A DNA stretch of 63,302 nt, filler included, from Globobulimina sp. (GCA_003354225.1; 40 parts of 40 records of this genome joined end to end with filler, not necessarily neighbours in it), one strand, 5' to 3'. Positions 34,888-47,462 are shown, counted from the first letter of the whole stretch. Translations and numbers: made by a program. The notes: a model not told the origin generated them from the letters alone.

Positions 34888-35637
34888 AGAACCCGGCCGC
34901 TGATTATCATGGTTTTTCGCGATGGTGTACCGGATAATGGATTGAAGGAAGTACATAGCAAAGAAGTAGTGGGCGTACAGCGTGGTATTAATATGATAGC
35001 TGCCGAGTTGGATTTTGTATGGAAGCCTAAAATCCAATTTATTGTATCATCCAAGGATCCCATTGACAAATTTGGCGCCTCTGTCAATAACAATATACAA
35101 CCATTGCGAGAGCCCGCTGTGGTGTTTACGGGTATTACCAGTACGAAGTTATTTGATTTTTTGATCTGGGGATTCCATCCAAATAATGATATCAGAAAAG
35201 TGAAACCCAAACGATATGTTGTATTGAAGGATGAGTTGAAATTATGCAAAGCAAAGAAGGCAAAGGGAAAAAGTAAAGGGAAAAAAGGAAAGAAAGGAGG
35301 GAACGCGACCGGGACAGTGACCAATCACGCCATGGATTTATATCACATTATTGCCAGTTTGTCCTATACGTACCATCCGTCGTTGCCTTTCATTCAAGGC
35401 GGCACATCGCAACCGGCGCCGATTACATTTGCTAAACATTTCGCAGAGAAATTTTCGCAAATGATCACCAAAAATGATCAGTGCGTCAGAGATTTACATT
35501 TGAGTCGTTATTTAAAGATTGCGCCGCAGATTGTGACCAAGGCTATGGATTTACGGAATGGGAAACAAGAATCATCCAAAAATGGTTCAAAAGCGTCAAA
35601 AAAAAAGCAAAGAACTAAAAAAAGTTCGAAAAAATAA
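34888..35637 (+). CDS. Divergent Argonaute/PIWI-domain C-terminal fragment
   Basis: IMVFRDGV, PKIQFIV, FDF, P.RYVVL.D, L..+...LSY.Y and S.PAP+.FA..FA occur in canonical PIWI order; 5'-partial. Confidence 0.75.
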   Translation, partial: RTRPLIIMVFRDGVPDNGLKEVHSKEVVGVQRGINMIAAELDFVWKPKIQFIVSSKDPIDKFGASVNNNIQPLREPAVVFTGITSTKLFDFLIWGFHPNNDIRKVKPKRYVVLKDELKLCKAKKAKGKSKGKKGKKGGNATGTVTNHAMDLYHIIASLSYTYHPSLPFIQGGTSQPAPITFAKHFAEKFSQMITKNDQCVRDLHLSRYLKIAPQIVTKAMDLRNGKQESSKNGSKASKKKQRTKKSSKK

Positions 35638-35890
35638 GTTGTAGAGTCTATATGTAATGGTTTGGCATATAGCCCTATAAACGTCTATGTATCTTCTTTT
35701 CTTATAATACACTGTTAAATAAATATTACTTTTTTTTTTCGTTAAATTACTTTTTCAAATTAATTGAGGCTCAAGCCCTCAACAAACAAAACAGCCAAAT
35801 GCCAAAGCCCTTATATTTATTTATTTTCTGTGCGAAAGCAAATCTCAGTCATTTTCAAAGCAAAACAGCCAAAGGCAGAGTTACGTAATC

Positions 35891-36283
35891 ATGACCAACT
35901 ACAAAGTCGAACTATGCAAACAACTCCGAATGTTTACAACAACACAAACTAAGAATTTATTACCAATCAAAATAACACCCAAAATCAAACAAACAGCAAA
36001 TTTTCCAACATATTTGATAAATGAAATAAATCCATTGTTGAAAAATAAATATAAAATAAAGAAACAACTGACCAGATTTCAACAAACAATTCATCAAAAT
36101 GCATTGTCATTTATCAACACCAAGAAAACTTCATTAATCATAGAATCGGAGAATGAACAGATCATAACGCAAATACACGAAACTGTTCGTTATATTGAAC
36201 ATCACACAGCAGTTAAGATTACAAAAACACAACAGAAATTTCCTTCAATTTCGATCAGTTATTTCAGCAAATCAAATAAATAG
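35891..36283 (+). CDS. Hypothetical protein
   Basis: 130-aa ORF with no motif recognised. Confidence 0.3.
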   Translation: MTNYKVELCKQLRMFTTTQTKNLLPIKITPKIKQTANFPTYLINEINPLLKNKYKIKKQLTRFQQTIHQNALSFINTKKTSLIIESENEQIITQIHETVRYIEHHTAVKITKTQQKFPSISISYFSKSNK

Positions 36284-36743
36284 TTTTTCCATTTATCAAT
36301 CGCAAGGACCATATCACCAACATTCCGTCCATCAATTTCCATCTTTCGCAAAAATTGGAAACATAAGAAANNNNNNNNNNNNNNNNNNNNNNNNNNNNNN
36401 NNNNNNNNNNNNNNTTAATTAATTAANNNNNNNNNNNNNNNNNNNNNNNNNNNNNNNNNNNNNNNNNNNNTACTTTTATCAATATTGCGGATATCCAATA
36501 AATATTTAATTTTGACAGTTTTTAATGATTTCCTTACATTTTAACATTTCATCATATTTTTCCTTTTACAACTTTTGATCAAAAAAAAAAGGGTAAATCA
36601 ATTCGAAATCCGTAATACGCCATTCGACGGTTTGGCACCGCTATTTGTCACCAATCAATTTAATTCTTTAGTATTTTTGAAGATAGTTAATATCCGCTTG
36701 AAGATAGTTAAGTGTACTTTGAAAACGTTAACTTAACGAGCTA

Positions 36744-37616
36744 ATGATGGATAAAAACATGACAAAAATAGAGGAAAAATTATTTTTTGAAGGTAATTAT
36801 CAAGAATGTTTGGATTTAATTCGAAATACTATTGCAAAATTATCTGATTATGATGATGCAAAGGAAAACTTAGCAATTTTAGGTAGTCAGTGTTTGTTTG
36901 AAATGGGAAATGGTTCCGAGATTCAATCATTTTTTGAAACATCATATCGCAGAGATTTATTATTCTTACCACCGACTGTATTCTTTGTATATATTAATTA
37001 TTTATTGCATGATAACCAATATGAATTATCCATAAATTTATTGAACGAATTTCGTGAAAAAGGCAAACCAATGAACAACATTGAATATAATCAATGGATA
37101 CAATTAATTGTTTGTGATGGTTTTATAAATCATAGAAAGTATAAAACAGCAATGCATTTTTTAAGAAAACAACATCGCTTAGATCTGGATGTTCGAAATA
37201 GTTTATTGGATCAAATTAAATTAAAAATGAAACAGGATTCGTCATTACAAATTAAATCAGATGATGATGATTATGATTATGATTCAGAGATTGTGTATGA
37301 TGATCAAGTAATTGATTCCAACTCGAATCTGAATCAAGAGAACAGTGACAATGATGAAAAAAAGGAAATAAAGGAATTGAATGATCAGAGTGATCGGAAA
37401 TATTTGGAATATCTGAAACAAAAAATATTTATGATGCTAAAAGTGGTGCAAACATATCTTACTCGAAAAACAATGTTTAGAATAATTTGCGTTGCTGTTG
37501 TTCTATGGATTTTGATAAGAACTGCCAAAAGAAATAAAACAATAATAAAGGAATACATATCTGATTTTCGTAAATTGGTTGTTATGAGTATTGGCAAATC
37601 AAGAATTGGTGTATAA
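36744..37616 (+). CDS. PEX26/APEM9-like tail-anchored protein
   Basis: LAILGSQCLFEMG..SEI..FF...Y......LPPTV resembles the PEX26 L.++G.Q.L.EM...E+.......Y....LPP.V core; acidic linker; C-terminal TM followed by basic residues. Confidence 0.6.
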   Translation: MMDKNMTKIEEKLFFEGNYQECLDLIRNTIAKLSDYDDAKENLAILGSQCLFEMGNGSEIQSFFETSYRRDLLFLPPTVFFVYINYLLHDNQYELSINLLNEFREKGKPMNNIEYNQWIQLIVCDGFINHRKYKTAMHFLRKQHRLDLDVRNSLLDQIKLKMKQDSSLQIKSDDDDYDYDSEIVYDDQVIDSNSNLNQENSDNDEKKEIKELNDQSDRKYLEYLKQKIFMMLKVVQTYLTRKTMFRIICVAVVLWILIRTAKRNKTIIKEYISDFRKLVVMSIGKSRIGV

Positions 37617-38055
37617 ACATACTACACTGGACTTGCTTGAGTTGTTTTTTTCAACATTTCATTTCCGATCGACTAAAAGCGCCACATTGCTGCGCCACAT
37701 CTGTGGCGTCGCCCTTTCCCAATTTTTGTGGCGGCTCACTTTTTCTATTTTTGTGGCGCCTCACTTTTCCAAGGAAAATGTGATGATTGGGATTGGAACC
37801 CAAATCTTCTTCAAATATTTGCTTTCCTTAAGCTATCATCACATTATCTATTTATTCGCAGTGTACGCAAAGTATGCTTGCACATACTACGCGGTATTAA
37901 CTGCTACGTCTTTTATACATTGTTTGTTTGCGCCCACAGTGTCATCACCGCCCATNNNNNNNNNNNNNNNNNNNNNNNNNNNNNNNNNNNNNNNNNNNNT
38001 TAATTAATTAANNNNNNNNNNNNNNNNNNNNNNNNNNNNNNNNNNNNNNNNNNNN

Positions 38056-39129
38056 CATTTATTTGATAATAATTCTCGTGTTGAACATGGTATATTACCC
38101 TTTGTTGCCGCTGCTGCTGCTGCTGTTGATATAATTGCATTAATTGTTGCGAGGATAATTGTGTATTTTGTAAATGTGCAGGTATTTGTATCGTTGACAC
38201 AGGAAATGTGTTATTTATATTCATATTCATGTTAACATTGTTATTATTTATGTTCATATTCATGCTCATATTCATATTATTATTATTCATATTCATATTG
38301 TTATTGTTATTCATATTCATATTGTTATTGTTATTCATATTCATATTGTTATTGTTATTCATATGGTTATTATTATTATTCATATTATTGTTGTTGGTAA
38401 TATTCATAATATGTGGTCCAAATTTCTTACGCCCTGCTAATGCATTTAATGAATTTGAATAAATTTTAGGTGATGGTAAATGAGATCTTAATTGTTTTTT
38501 GCCCCCAATTAACTGCTGCTGCTGCTGCTGCTGTTGCTGTTGTTGTTGTTGCTGTGTAAGATATTGATGATAATGATGTTGTACACTCTGTGAAGAAATA
38601 GGGAATGACTGCTGTCGACTATTTGGTATATTCAAATGTTTTGCAATATCTTTGTTGTGATATCTATGTCTCTTTTTGTGATATTTTGTGCGATTTCCTT
38701 CAAATAAATATATAAAAACAAATATGATAAAATGTACACATGTAAACATGCAAATATATAAAAACATTTATAATAAAAAAAAAAACCTTTATTAATATTG
38801 TTTTGCGATTTATTATTATTTTTGTTGGTTTTGTGATTATTTTCGAGATAATTACAACGTCTGATAAAATTATCATAAAATTTTTCAAGTCCTTTTGGAT
38901 TATTTGGTGGTCGTAATCCTAATTTAATAAAATTATCAATCATTGCTTGGGGGTGAACAAATCTGTGTGTTGGTGCATGCCCATTTTTGCTGATTTCTTC
39001 CATTAATTCATTGCAATATTTCGCTAGTGATTGCCATAATTGTTTACGTTCTTTTTTATCAATTGCCGATGGCGCTGGTTTTTTTTGTGGATGATTATTC
39101 GTGTTGCTGTTATTGTTATTATTAGACAT
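38056..39129 (-). CDS. N/Q-rich low-complexity protein; intron 38698-38786; 3'-partial
   Basis: GTTTTT..AAG intron joins two ORFs in frame (NK|GNRTKY); poly-Q and MNMNNNN tracts. Confidence 0.75.
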
Positions 39130-39483
39130 ATTCAATGTTATGTATTGTTTATAATGCAATACAATGTTGTTGGGAATTAAAGCTTTTAGTAACACAATTT
39201 ATTTTCTGTGACATAAAAGATGGCCAGTCACTTCAAAAAATTTTATATTTTCAGCCAAACTTGTATGTGTTTGTAGTTCAATGAAAATAAAGCATCCGGA
39301 GCTATTCTAATGAACTGGTCATACTTGTATACCCGTCATAGCTGATTATTTCTCGTAAATGACCGGTCATTTCTGGTTGTATGACCGGTCATGTTCATAA
39401 ATTATGCGGTCATGGGTATAAATTATATAAATCATGGTTGTATACAATGGTTTATAAGAAGTATGATTTATATGATTTATATA

Positions 39484-39540
39484 AAGAGCATCCGGTTTTC
39501 AACGTCAGATTATTATTGTTTCTGAGAAACGAAGGCAAAC
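39484..39540. mobile_element. MITE family B copy, truncated by the contig end
   Basis: AAGAGCATCCGGTTTTCAACGTCAG..TATTGTTTCTGAGAAACGAAGGCAA matches the reverse complement of 54175-54244. Confidence 0.8.
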
Positions 39541-41247
39541 NNNNNNNNNNNNNNNNNNNNNNNNNNNNNNNNNNNNNNNNNNNNTTAATTAATTAANNNN
39601 NNNNNNNNNNNNNNNNNNNNNNNNNNNNNNNNNNNNNNNNAAGGACTTGATTGCACTCTCCATCTTTTCTGCCGTTTTTGTGTTGTTGGAGTCGCGTAAT
39701 TTACTGAAAAATTTATACTTTTTGCGCCAGTCCGTCGTGGTGATGTCAGTGCGGTTTTGGTGAATTGCTTAATCATGAAATTAAACCATATGTCGTCGGG
39801 TATTTGCCGGGAATGTTTATTGTTTAAATTCTGATTTGCTGCGAATAAACCTTATTATTTTAAGACGTCTCATAATATCACATTTAGAATCGCATTCATC
39901 GCAGATGGAGATTTTTGTATTGTTTGAGTGGATTTCTTTCGGCCAATGCCAATCAATCGGATCTATTAATTTTAACCAATCGGACCATGTTTGCGGGCTG
40001 TCATGATAAAGATGAGAAAAACTACTGCTGACTCAGCAAACTAAAAAAAACTTAACTTAATTCTTCATTTTTATAACTTTTCCAATATTAAATTCTTTTT
40101 TTCTGTTTTTCTTTTAACAATTTCAATAATTTGATCTAAATTCCGCTCCAATTAATTATAACTATAACTATAAATTTCTGTATATTTCAAAATTCAAAGT
40201 TATATAAAATTAAATTGTTTTGCGCGCCACATACACCTGAAATAGATCAAATTCCGCATCAAAAGTTACACCAAAAAGTTCCCGTTCGCTATATCCACAA
40301 CATAGGCAACGCTGGGCCGTAAATAATGCTGGACCTATTTTAGGAGTTGATCAATGGACGTATTAGATCGCGACAGACGGATCAACAACGTTGCTTCCTC
40401 TATAGCGGGCACTTTCTAGGCAAACTTTGATGAGGATTTGAGATGCTACAAACATGCAACAAGCAGAAGAAAAACAGTAAAGTTGTAGTACAATTAGCAG
40501 TAAATAAATATGTAATGGAAATTTAATTAAAATAGCACAAATAAATACAACTAATGGCCAGGAAATATAGTTTAAATGTGATTGATAAGAAAACATTTAT
40601 GTGAATAAATAAAAAATATAAATTATTTATAATTAAAATAACACAAATAAATAGTTTATTAAATACAACTTGAAGCGAAAAGAAAAATTGCAACCAATAA
40701 AAAAAAGAATTTAAATGAGATTAATTGAAAAGATTTATTTAATTAATTTAAAAAAAAATACATTTTGGTGAATCACAAACTTAAATTATTGTCATGGACT
40801 GAGAATAAATTATTGGCATATTAATATATATTAAAACAATATTTATTATGTAACAGGGGATCAAAAAACATTTTTGTTTAAAAATAAAAAAAAGTAAAAA
40901 GAAAAATAAATTGATTTGTTGCTAATATTCCTATACAACACATCCCTACCACCCCGACACCGCCCCGCCCCGCCCCGCATAAATGATATCAGAAAATATC
41001 GTTTCCATTTCGGTGAACCAATACCGTTTTGCCGGCTTTTGTTGATATAAACTATGGATAATATTATTTGGATAATGAATTGGTATTTGATTTAAATTAA
41101 TGTCTATTAATGATTCAATATTTGCNNNNNNNNNNNNNNNNNNNNNNNNNNNNNNNNNNNNNNNNNNNNTTAATTAATTAANNNNNNNNNNNNNNNNNNN
41201 NNNNNNNNNNNNNNNNNNNNNNNNNTAAAACAGTTCTAGCGATATCG

Positions 41248-42188
41248 ATGGATAAAAGCACATCAATATACACATCATGTTATAGCAGTCTTTTGTTAGA
41301 GATTATATATCCCATTTTATTCGAATATATTGATTCAATCACAATTAGAAACATTATCCTATCATTTAGCACATTAAAATATAAACCAAAATGTTTAATG
41401 ACTCGTTATTGGTCTAAAAACGAGAGAGTATTTAGGTTAAATAAATATAAAATTACGGAAAGAAAAGCAACTCATTTTGAATATGAATTAATTCGCATAA
41501 ACATCACATCTCCGCAACAATTTTTGTCTTTTTATTGGGAGAATGACAAATTTCAACAGAATCTGGACACAAAGATATTATCATATTATATTATATCGCA
41601 TTAAAGAATAACTATTTTTGTTGGGATATTGATGAAATTGAATATGTCGATTTAAATTTAAAAGTGATAAGTGTTGATTTGTGGGATGTAATGAGTTGGT
41701 GTTCATCTGTTCATAAAATAACAAACAATGCAAATATCCATTATTTCAATACAAATAAACCTTATATTGAGAGCATATTATGGAATGGCAAAAATTTTAA
41801 TGATTTAAATAATGAAATGATATTAAAAAAATGGAGAGATAAAATATCAGTGAGTGATGAATTAGTATTTGGATTTGCAGACAAAAATATATTTATCCAT
41901 TTGAGAGACTTATTGATTTTACCAAATTTATTGTCCGGTGGAGATATTATAAAAGAATGGTATTGCTGTGATTATAAAGTTGGAAATAAGAAAGGTACAA
42001 ATACTTTTAATCAAATATTTGGCTGTATCGATGAATCAAATGTAACATTGAATGAGTGGAATGATATTAGTTATGATTGTACAAAGACTGATGGGATATT
42101 GTTGAAATATGTTACTTTTATTATGTGGAAAGGCACCGTTCCAAAACGAGAAAACAAGCGTAAAAGATCCGGGAAATCAAAATCTTGA
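41248..42188 (+). CDS. Hypothetical protein split over two frames (break ~41600)
   Basis: Two consecutive same-strand ORFs with coding-like sequence between them. Confidence 0.4.
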
Positions 42189-43445
42189 GCAAATATATAC
42201 AAACTGTTTGTAATAAAACTATTTATATTTGGATATCTCCGACAATATGCGACCAGTACTAACAATTTATGATTTCATATTTGTATATTTAAACGTTTGA
42301 TTTCATACGTTAGATCTTATTCGTTTTATGTGCTAACAGGATACCATAATCATTTGGATACATTGACAACAATGTAATAATAAATCATGACAATTAATGA
42401 AAAACAAAAAGCAAATAACAATCAAACAAAGAAATTAAAAAAAATCAGTTAATTTTATAATTGATACAGAAAATGAACACAATTTTTCTGAAACCAAAAT
42501 TAATTAATGATACTAATAAAATCTTGTTGCTGTTATCTCCAAATGTTGTTTGTGCACAAATTGCAAAATAAATTTCCGAAGAATATTATATTTTAATTTA
42601 TTTCTTCAGTTTGAATTAATATTAAATGTGTATAAAAATAATAATAGCCATCATAAACTTTCACAATGATCCGTTTACTATTTTACTTCCATTTAATATA
42701 TGATTCGACANNNNNNNNNNNNNNNNNNNNNNNNNNNNNNNNNNNNNNNNNNNNTTAATTAATTAANNNNNNNNNNNNNNNNNNNNNNNNNNNNNNNNNN
42801 NNNNNNNNNNAATTAAAAAGCGACGGAAACACAAAAAATACAAAATCTGTTGCGATCCTTTATAAATTTCCATAATGAGGAGGACCGACACTGTCAATCA
42901 AAGCTGCATTGAAGAGGTGAGCATTGCGTTGGAATAAAATTTGATCCCTTGTTCCGACGACATGGTATTAATAGAGACAGAATGAGGAAATACAAAGACA
43001 TAAGCTATTAATTGATGAATTACGCGAGTTATCATTGGAAATCTATGGCAGTGTAAAAGGGAGATAATACGGAGGAAAAAGAAGAGTCTTACATTGATTT
43101 AGAAAATGATGAGTTTTACAAAATAATATGGAAGAATTAATTATGTTTAACAGATAATGGAATGTTAGAATATGTACCAAATAGTACAGCCATCGCAGGC
43201 ATATTAAAGAAAAGCAAATCAATATCAAAAAAACGTGGATACGTTGTGCGATCCTGCAGTGGGTACTGTGTAATACAGACATTAATTGGAATCTGTCAAT
43301 GCTTTATTTACAAAAGTTGTCGATAAAATACATGAATTTCAAAAACCTTGACACGTATTGACAACCTAAAAAAAACTTAAAAACTTTCTTTTTGGGGAAC
43401 TGATCAAAATGTAAGTCAGAGTCAGACTCATCAAAGATTATAACA

Positions 43446-44226
43446 ATGACAATGTCCCCTGGTTTAGCTGTGTTGTTCTGTGCATTGACTCCAACATCAA
43501 GTATAGATACAACCGATGACAATCCACATATTTTAGTGTATTTACACGAAATAGATTGGCAATACTTGACATGGATTGGTACACAAAAGTATTGTGAAGA
43601 AGTGTTTGGTACAAATTTATCGTCATATTGCAATGAGTATGAACGCAGTAAGATATTAGAATTAATTCCAAACAGTGATTACAGACTTCATAGTTACTGG
43701 GTTTATTTGGGTTTGAGACAAACAGATTTCATTGAAAATGACTGGGGATGGCAGGATGGCACAAAATGTAAACACACACAAACAAATGAGAATGGCCATA
43801 TATTATGTGTGCCCGTTGCGGAATGGGCGGAAGAGCAACCTGATAATTTTCAAAACATTGAACATTGCGGAGCTATATCAAAATACGGTGCGTTAAACGA
43901 TGTGAATTGCTATATTGATTATTATGGCATGGCAGGATTTGTTTGTAAAAAGCCTGATATTAAATTATAATTATGTGGCATTGACCAGCACAGAGCCACC
44001 ATGGCAATCAATATCGATGCCACATATTGCAACTTTTAATTATGTATTGATGTCCGTATTATTTATAATAATAACAATTATTGTTGTATTTTGTGTGTCA
44101 TATTGTTATAAATTGAGCAAAATAAAGAAAGAATATGCACAGAATAATAAAGACAATGGAGTGATTCAAATGATCTCGTCATTTGTGTATACTGTTGTAT
44201 ACTGTGAATGTGTGCTTTTTTTTTAA
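43446..44226 (+). CDS. C-type lectin domain plus TM helix; frameshift ~43962
   Basis: W...Q.YC....T.L.S, YLGL, W.W.DG, W...QPDN..EHC..LNDV.C...FVC; the TM follows in a shifted frame. Confidence 0.85.
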
Positions 44227-44611
44227 CAAAATGACCGTCATTTCTGTTTTTTTTAACAAAATTACCGTCATTTCGTTTATTTTGTATACAAAACNNNNNN
44301 NNNNNNNNNNNNNNNNNNNNNNNNNNNNNNNNNNNNNNTTAATTAATTAANNNNNNNNNNNNNNNNNNNNNNNNNNNNNNNNNNNNNNNNNNNNGCAACC
44401 CAAATTGATTAATGATTGGAGCTTTGGATTGTGTGGTTTGTTTGGTTTATGTTTATTTGAATTCATCAACGTATTGACTGCAGATCCAATTATATTTGTT
44501 GCTACTGACATTGTCAAAAAAAATAAACGGAAACTTATGGAGTAATGTATAAATTTAAACATTATATAATAAATACACTGTATAACATCAACAAACTTGG
44601 TTATAAGAATC

Positions 44612-45878
44612 TTAATCATCTTCACATAGTTCCGCTAAAACATCCACATTAGAATCCCCACCGATAACCAATTTTGTAGATCGCGTCGTTGATAACAACA
44701 AAGAATTCAGTTTCATCGTTGTAGACTTTTTATCCATGGCCACCGCCCTCACAATATCTCTATGCACATCATAACCATAACCATTTCCATTCAATTCTTG
44801 TTTATATTCATCTGCATCATCCACATATGCATTTGCCTCAAAATCATCATATTTCTTCGTTTCTGCATCGATATCATTCTGCTCCATTTTAGTTGTACAA
44901 CTATCACCATTCTGTACGTCTACATTATTTTTCATTTCTTCATCTTTCTGTTCCATATCTGGATTGCCTGCATTTTCTTCTTTAATAATTTGCTCAAACT
45001 CATCGCATTCCTTATATTCATCTTCCACACTCCTAAATTCCTCTACATCTTTCTTTACATTTGCATCGCTAATATTTGCCTCAAAAGTATCATCATATTG
45101 CTCCATTTCTGCAGACTCTGCTTCTATACATTTTGTTTTATTTATTTCTTTCGGCTCCATTCGAGCAGCATCAATAGCTTTATTGCCTGCATTTTGCTTA
45201 ATCATTTCCTCGAATTTCCTTCGTTGTCCTTTAACAACTTTGGCAGACTTTAATTTCTTGATACTTTTGTGTCTGCCCATTGCCGTTTCACTTCTGTCCT
45301 GCACGCCGCCGTCCAAAATGTTCCTCTTTTTTTCCTTCACATTCACCTCGAAATCATCCATATTATCAGTTCTATCATTTGTATCATTTTCCTTCTCAAC
45401 AAAGTGTTGTTTATTTAATTCATTTAATGTATTTAATTCAATATTAACTTTTTCTTCATTTAATTCATCATCAAAAAAAGTATTCTCATTTTCTGCAATA
45501 ATATCGCTTTTTGACTGTGTTTTTACTGCAATCGCAATCGCGTTGTTATTTTCATCAACATTTGCAACATTTTCATAATCGTCATGTGGTTGGCTGTTAT
45601 ACCCATTTTCATCGCTTGTATTACTATTTGCGTTTGTATTTATATTCATACTTTCTATGATTTGGAATTGCTCATCGTCTGCCTGTGCAACGTCTAACTT
45701 ATATTCAGTATTAACCAAAACAATTCCAGTGTTATCAATTGTAATTTGTTTTGTATTCTGTTCAATTGGATTAGCATTTACTTCTTCTGCTTCATAATAT
45801 ATTATATTTGTTTGTTCAGTACGATTATCAGTACGATTATCAGTGGTTGTTAGTAAGTTTTGTTGTTCTGTTTGATTT
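44612..45878 (-). CDS. Acidic low-complexity protein (5'-partial)
   Basis: Long D/E/N-rich ORF with an internal YDD.FEAN...D repeat. Confidence 0.6.
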
Positions 45879-46364
45879 NNNNNNNNNNNNNNNNNNNNNN
45901 NNNNNNNNNNNNNNNNNNNNNNTTAATTAATTAANNNNNNNNNNNNNNNNNNNNNNNNNNNNNNNNNNNNNNNNNNNNCATTTAATATTTATAATTTATT
46001 ATCAATTATTGATTCAGTAATATTACCAAAAACATTTAATCGAATAATAATTAAAGGGCGGTGGTTATTTGATGTATTTTCATATGAAATGCGTTGTAAA
46101 TTTGTTGATAGTAATTTTTCTGTGGAGTTAACAAAAAATGAATTTTTCTGTGAAGTAATAATTTGTAAAACTAAATAGTTATTATATCTCACTCTCGTTT
46201 TGTAAATTATAATTAATTTTAATTTTGTGTTTGTTTGTTTTTTTTGTTGTAGTTTTTGTTGTCGTTTTTGTTTTGTTAAATATATACAATTTATAATTAA
46301 TATTTGTGTTTGTTCGAAAACAGTTCGTTTTTAAACTTCGAGTGACTTTCTAGCATAGCATAGC

Positions 46365-47462
46365 ATGGAGACTGCAGCCTTCCCACCATTGCCATCAATA
46401 AAAAAGCGCAAACCGAAAGCCACAAAGCGAGGGTCGGCAATGACTCGCAGCCGTTCGTTTGTGGCGGAAATGTTGCACAGTAAAAAGGCAACAAATGCAG
46501 TGAAAAAGAAGTGGAGCAACAACGAGCTGCAAATATTAGAAAAACTGGGCGTTAACGTTTCTGCGCAGGATGGCAATAATAATAATGGGCAAATACAAAT
46601 CGCGGGGAATCTGCATCCCGATTTGAAGCGACATGCATTGGAGGAAGAAGTGAATGCGTTACAGGCGGAATTGAGTCAAACTAAGAATAATTTGATGGTG
46701 GCAGCCGAGTTCGGGCAGCATTTAATTGAAGAAAACCAGCACTTTGAAGCCGTTGTGTTAGAACTACGCAATGAAGCGGCGGAATATATTGCTCAGCTTT
46801 GTGAGTTACGCGAAGAGAACGACAGCTTTCAAGCCTCATTGCAATCGAATGAATGTTCGGTGTCGGAGTACGAGGACAAACTGTATCAATTCAAAAGGGA
46901 CAGAGACGAATTAAAGGAGAAATTGAGCAAATTGCGGGCACAAACAAATGATTACAAATTAAAATATGAAATGGAAGCAAATGAATGCAAATTGTACGCA
47001 AAAGAAAGGCAAAAAGACCAAACTGCAAAAAAGAAAGTTTGCGCCAAATATGATGGCGAGATTCGCGAGTTCGAGACGAAAATATTGATTTTGCAAAATA
47101 GAAATCATAAATTAGCCATGGAACGGGATGCAATTCACAGAAAATGCGAGCAAACCACCCAAGAAATGGACGCATTGCACCACGAATACAATGAGTTATG
47201 CCGCGAATATAAAGCGCCATTCCAAGAGTTCCAAGACGCGGCTTCGATGTCTGGTGATTCGCGGCATCGATTCACAAATATTTCGCGGCGACGCTCGCTG
47301 AGCAGATCGAGGAGCGACAAACGCGAGGATTTGGAGGAGAAAATGGAGGAAATTGGCAATGAAAAGGATGAATGCAACGAGGTATTGGCGGAATGCATGG
47401 ATTTGTTCGAAAATATAATGGAGGATCAACACATTGCGAGTCCCATAAAAGTGGCAAAAGCA
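46365..47462 (+). CDS. Long coiled-coil protein with CC1-box (HAP1-N/BICD/Spindly-like); 3'-partial
   Basis: LMVAAEFGQHLIEEN followed by more than 200 aa of heptad coiled coil. Confidence 0.7.

Noticed and set aside
40265..40416. HDV-like ribozyme or RNase MRP (minus strand ends GCGAACGGGAAC)
   Set aside because: No P1/P3/L3 nested pseudoknot is present; the pairing is a simple continuous stem.
44762..45578. Long antisense ORFs here and at 5539-5855, 30802-31233, 34830-35324 and 61081-61680
   Set aside because: They are shadow frames of biased sense-strand genes, rich in F/L/S/I, with no motifs.
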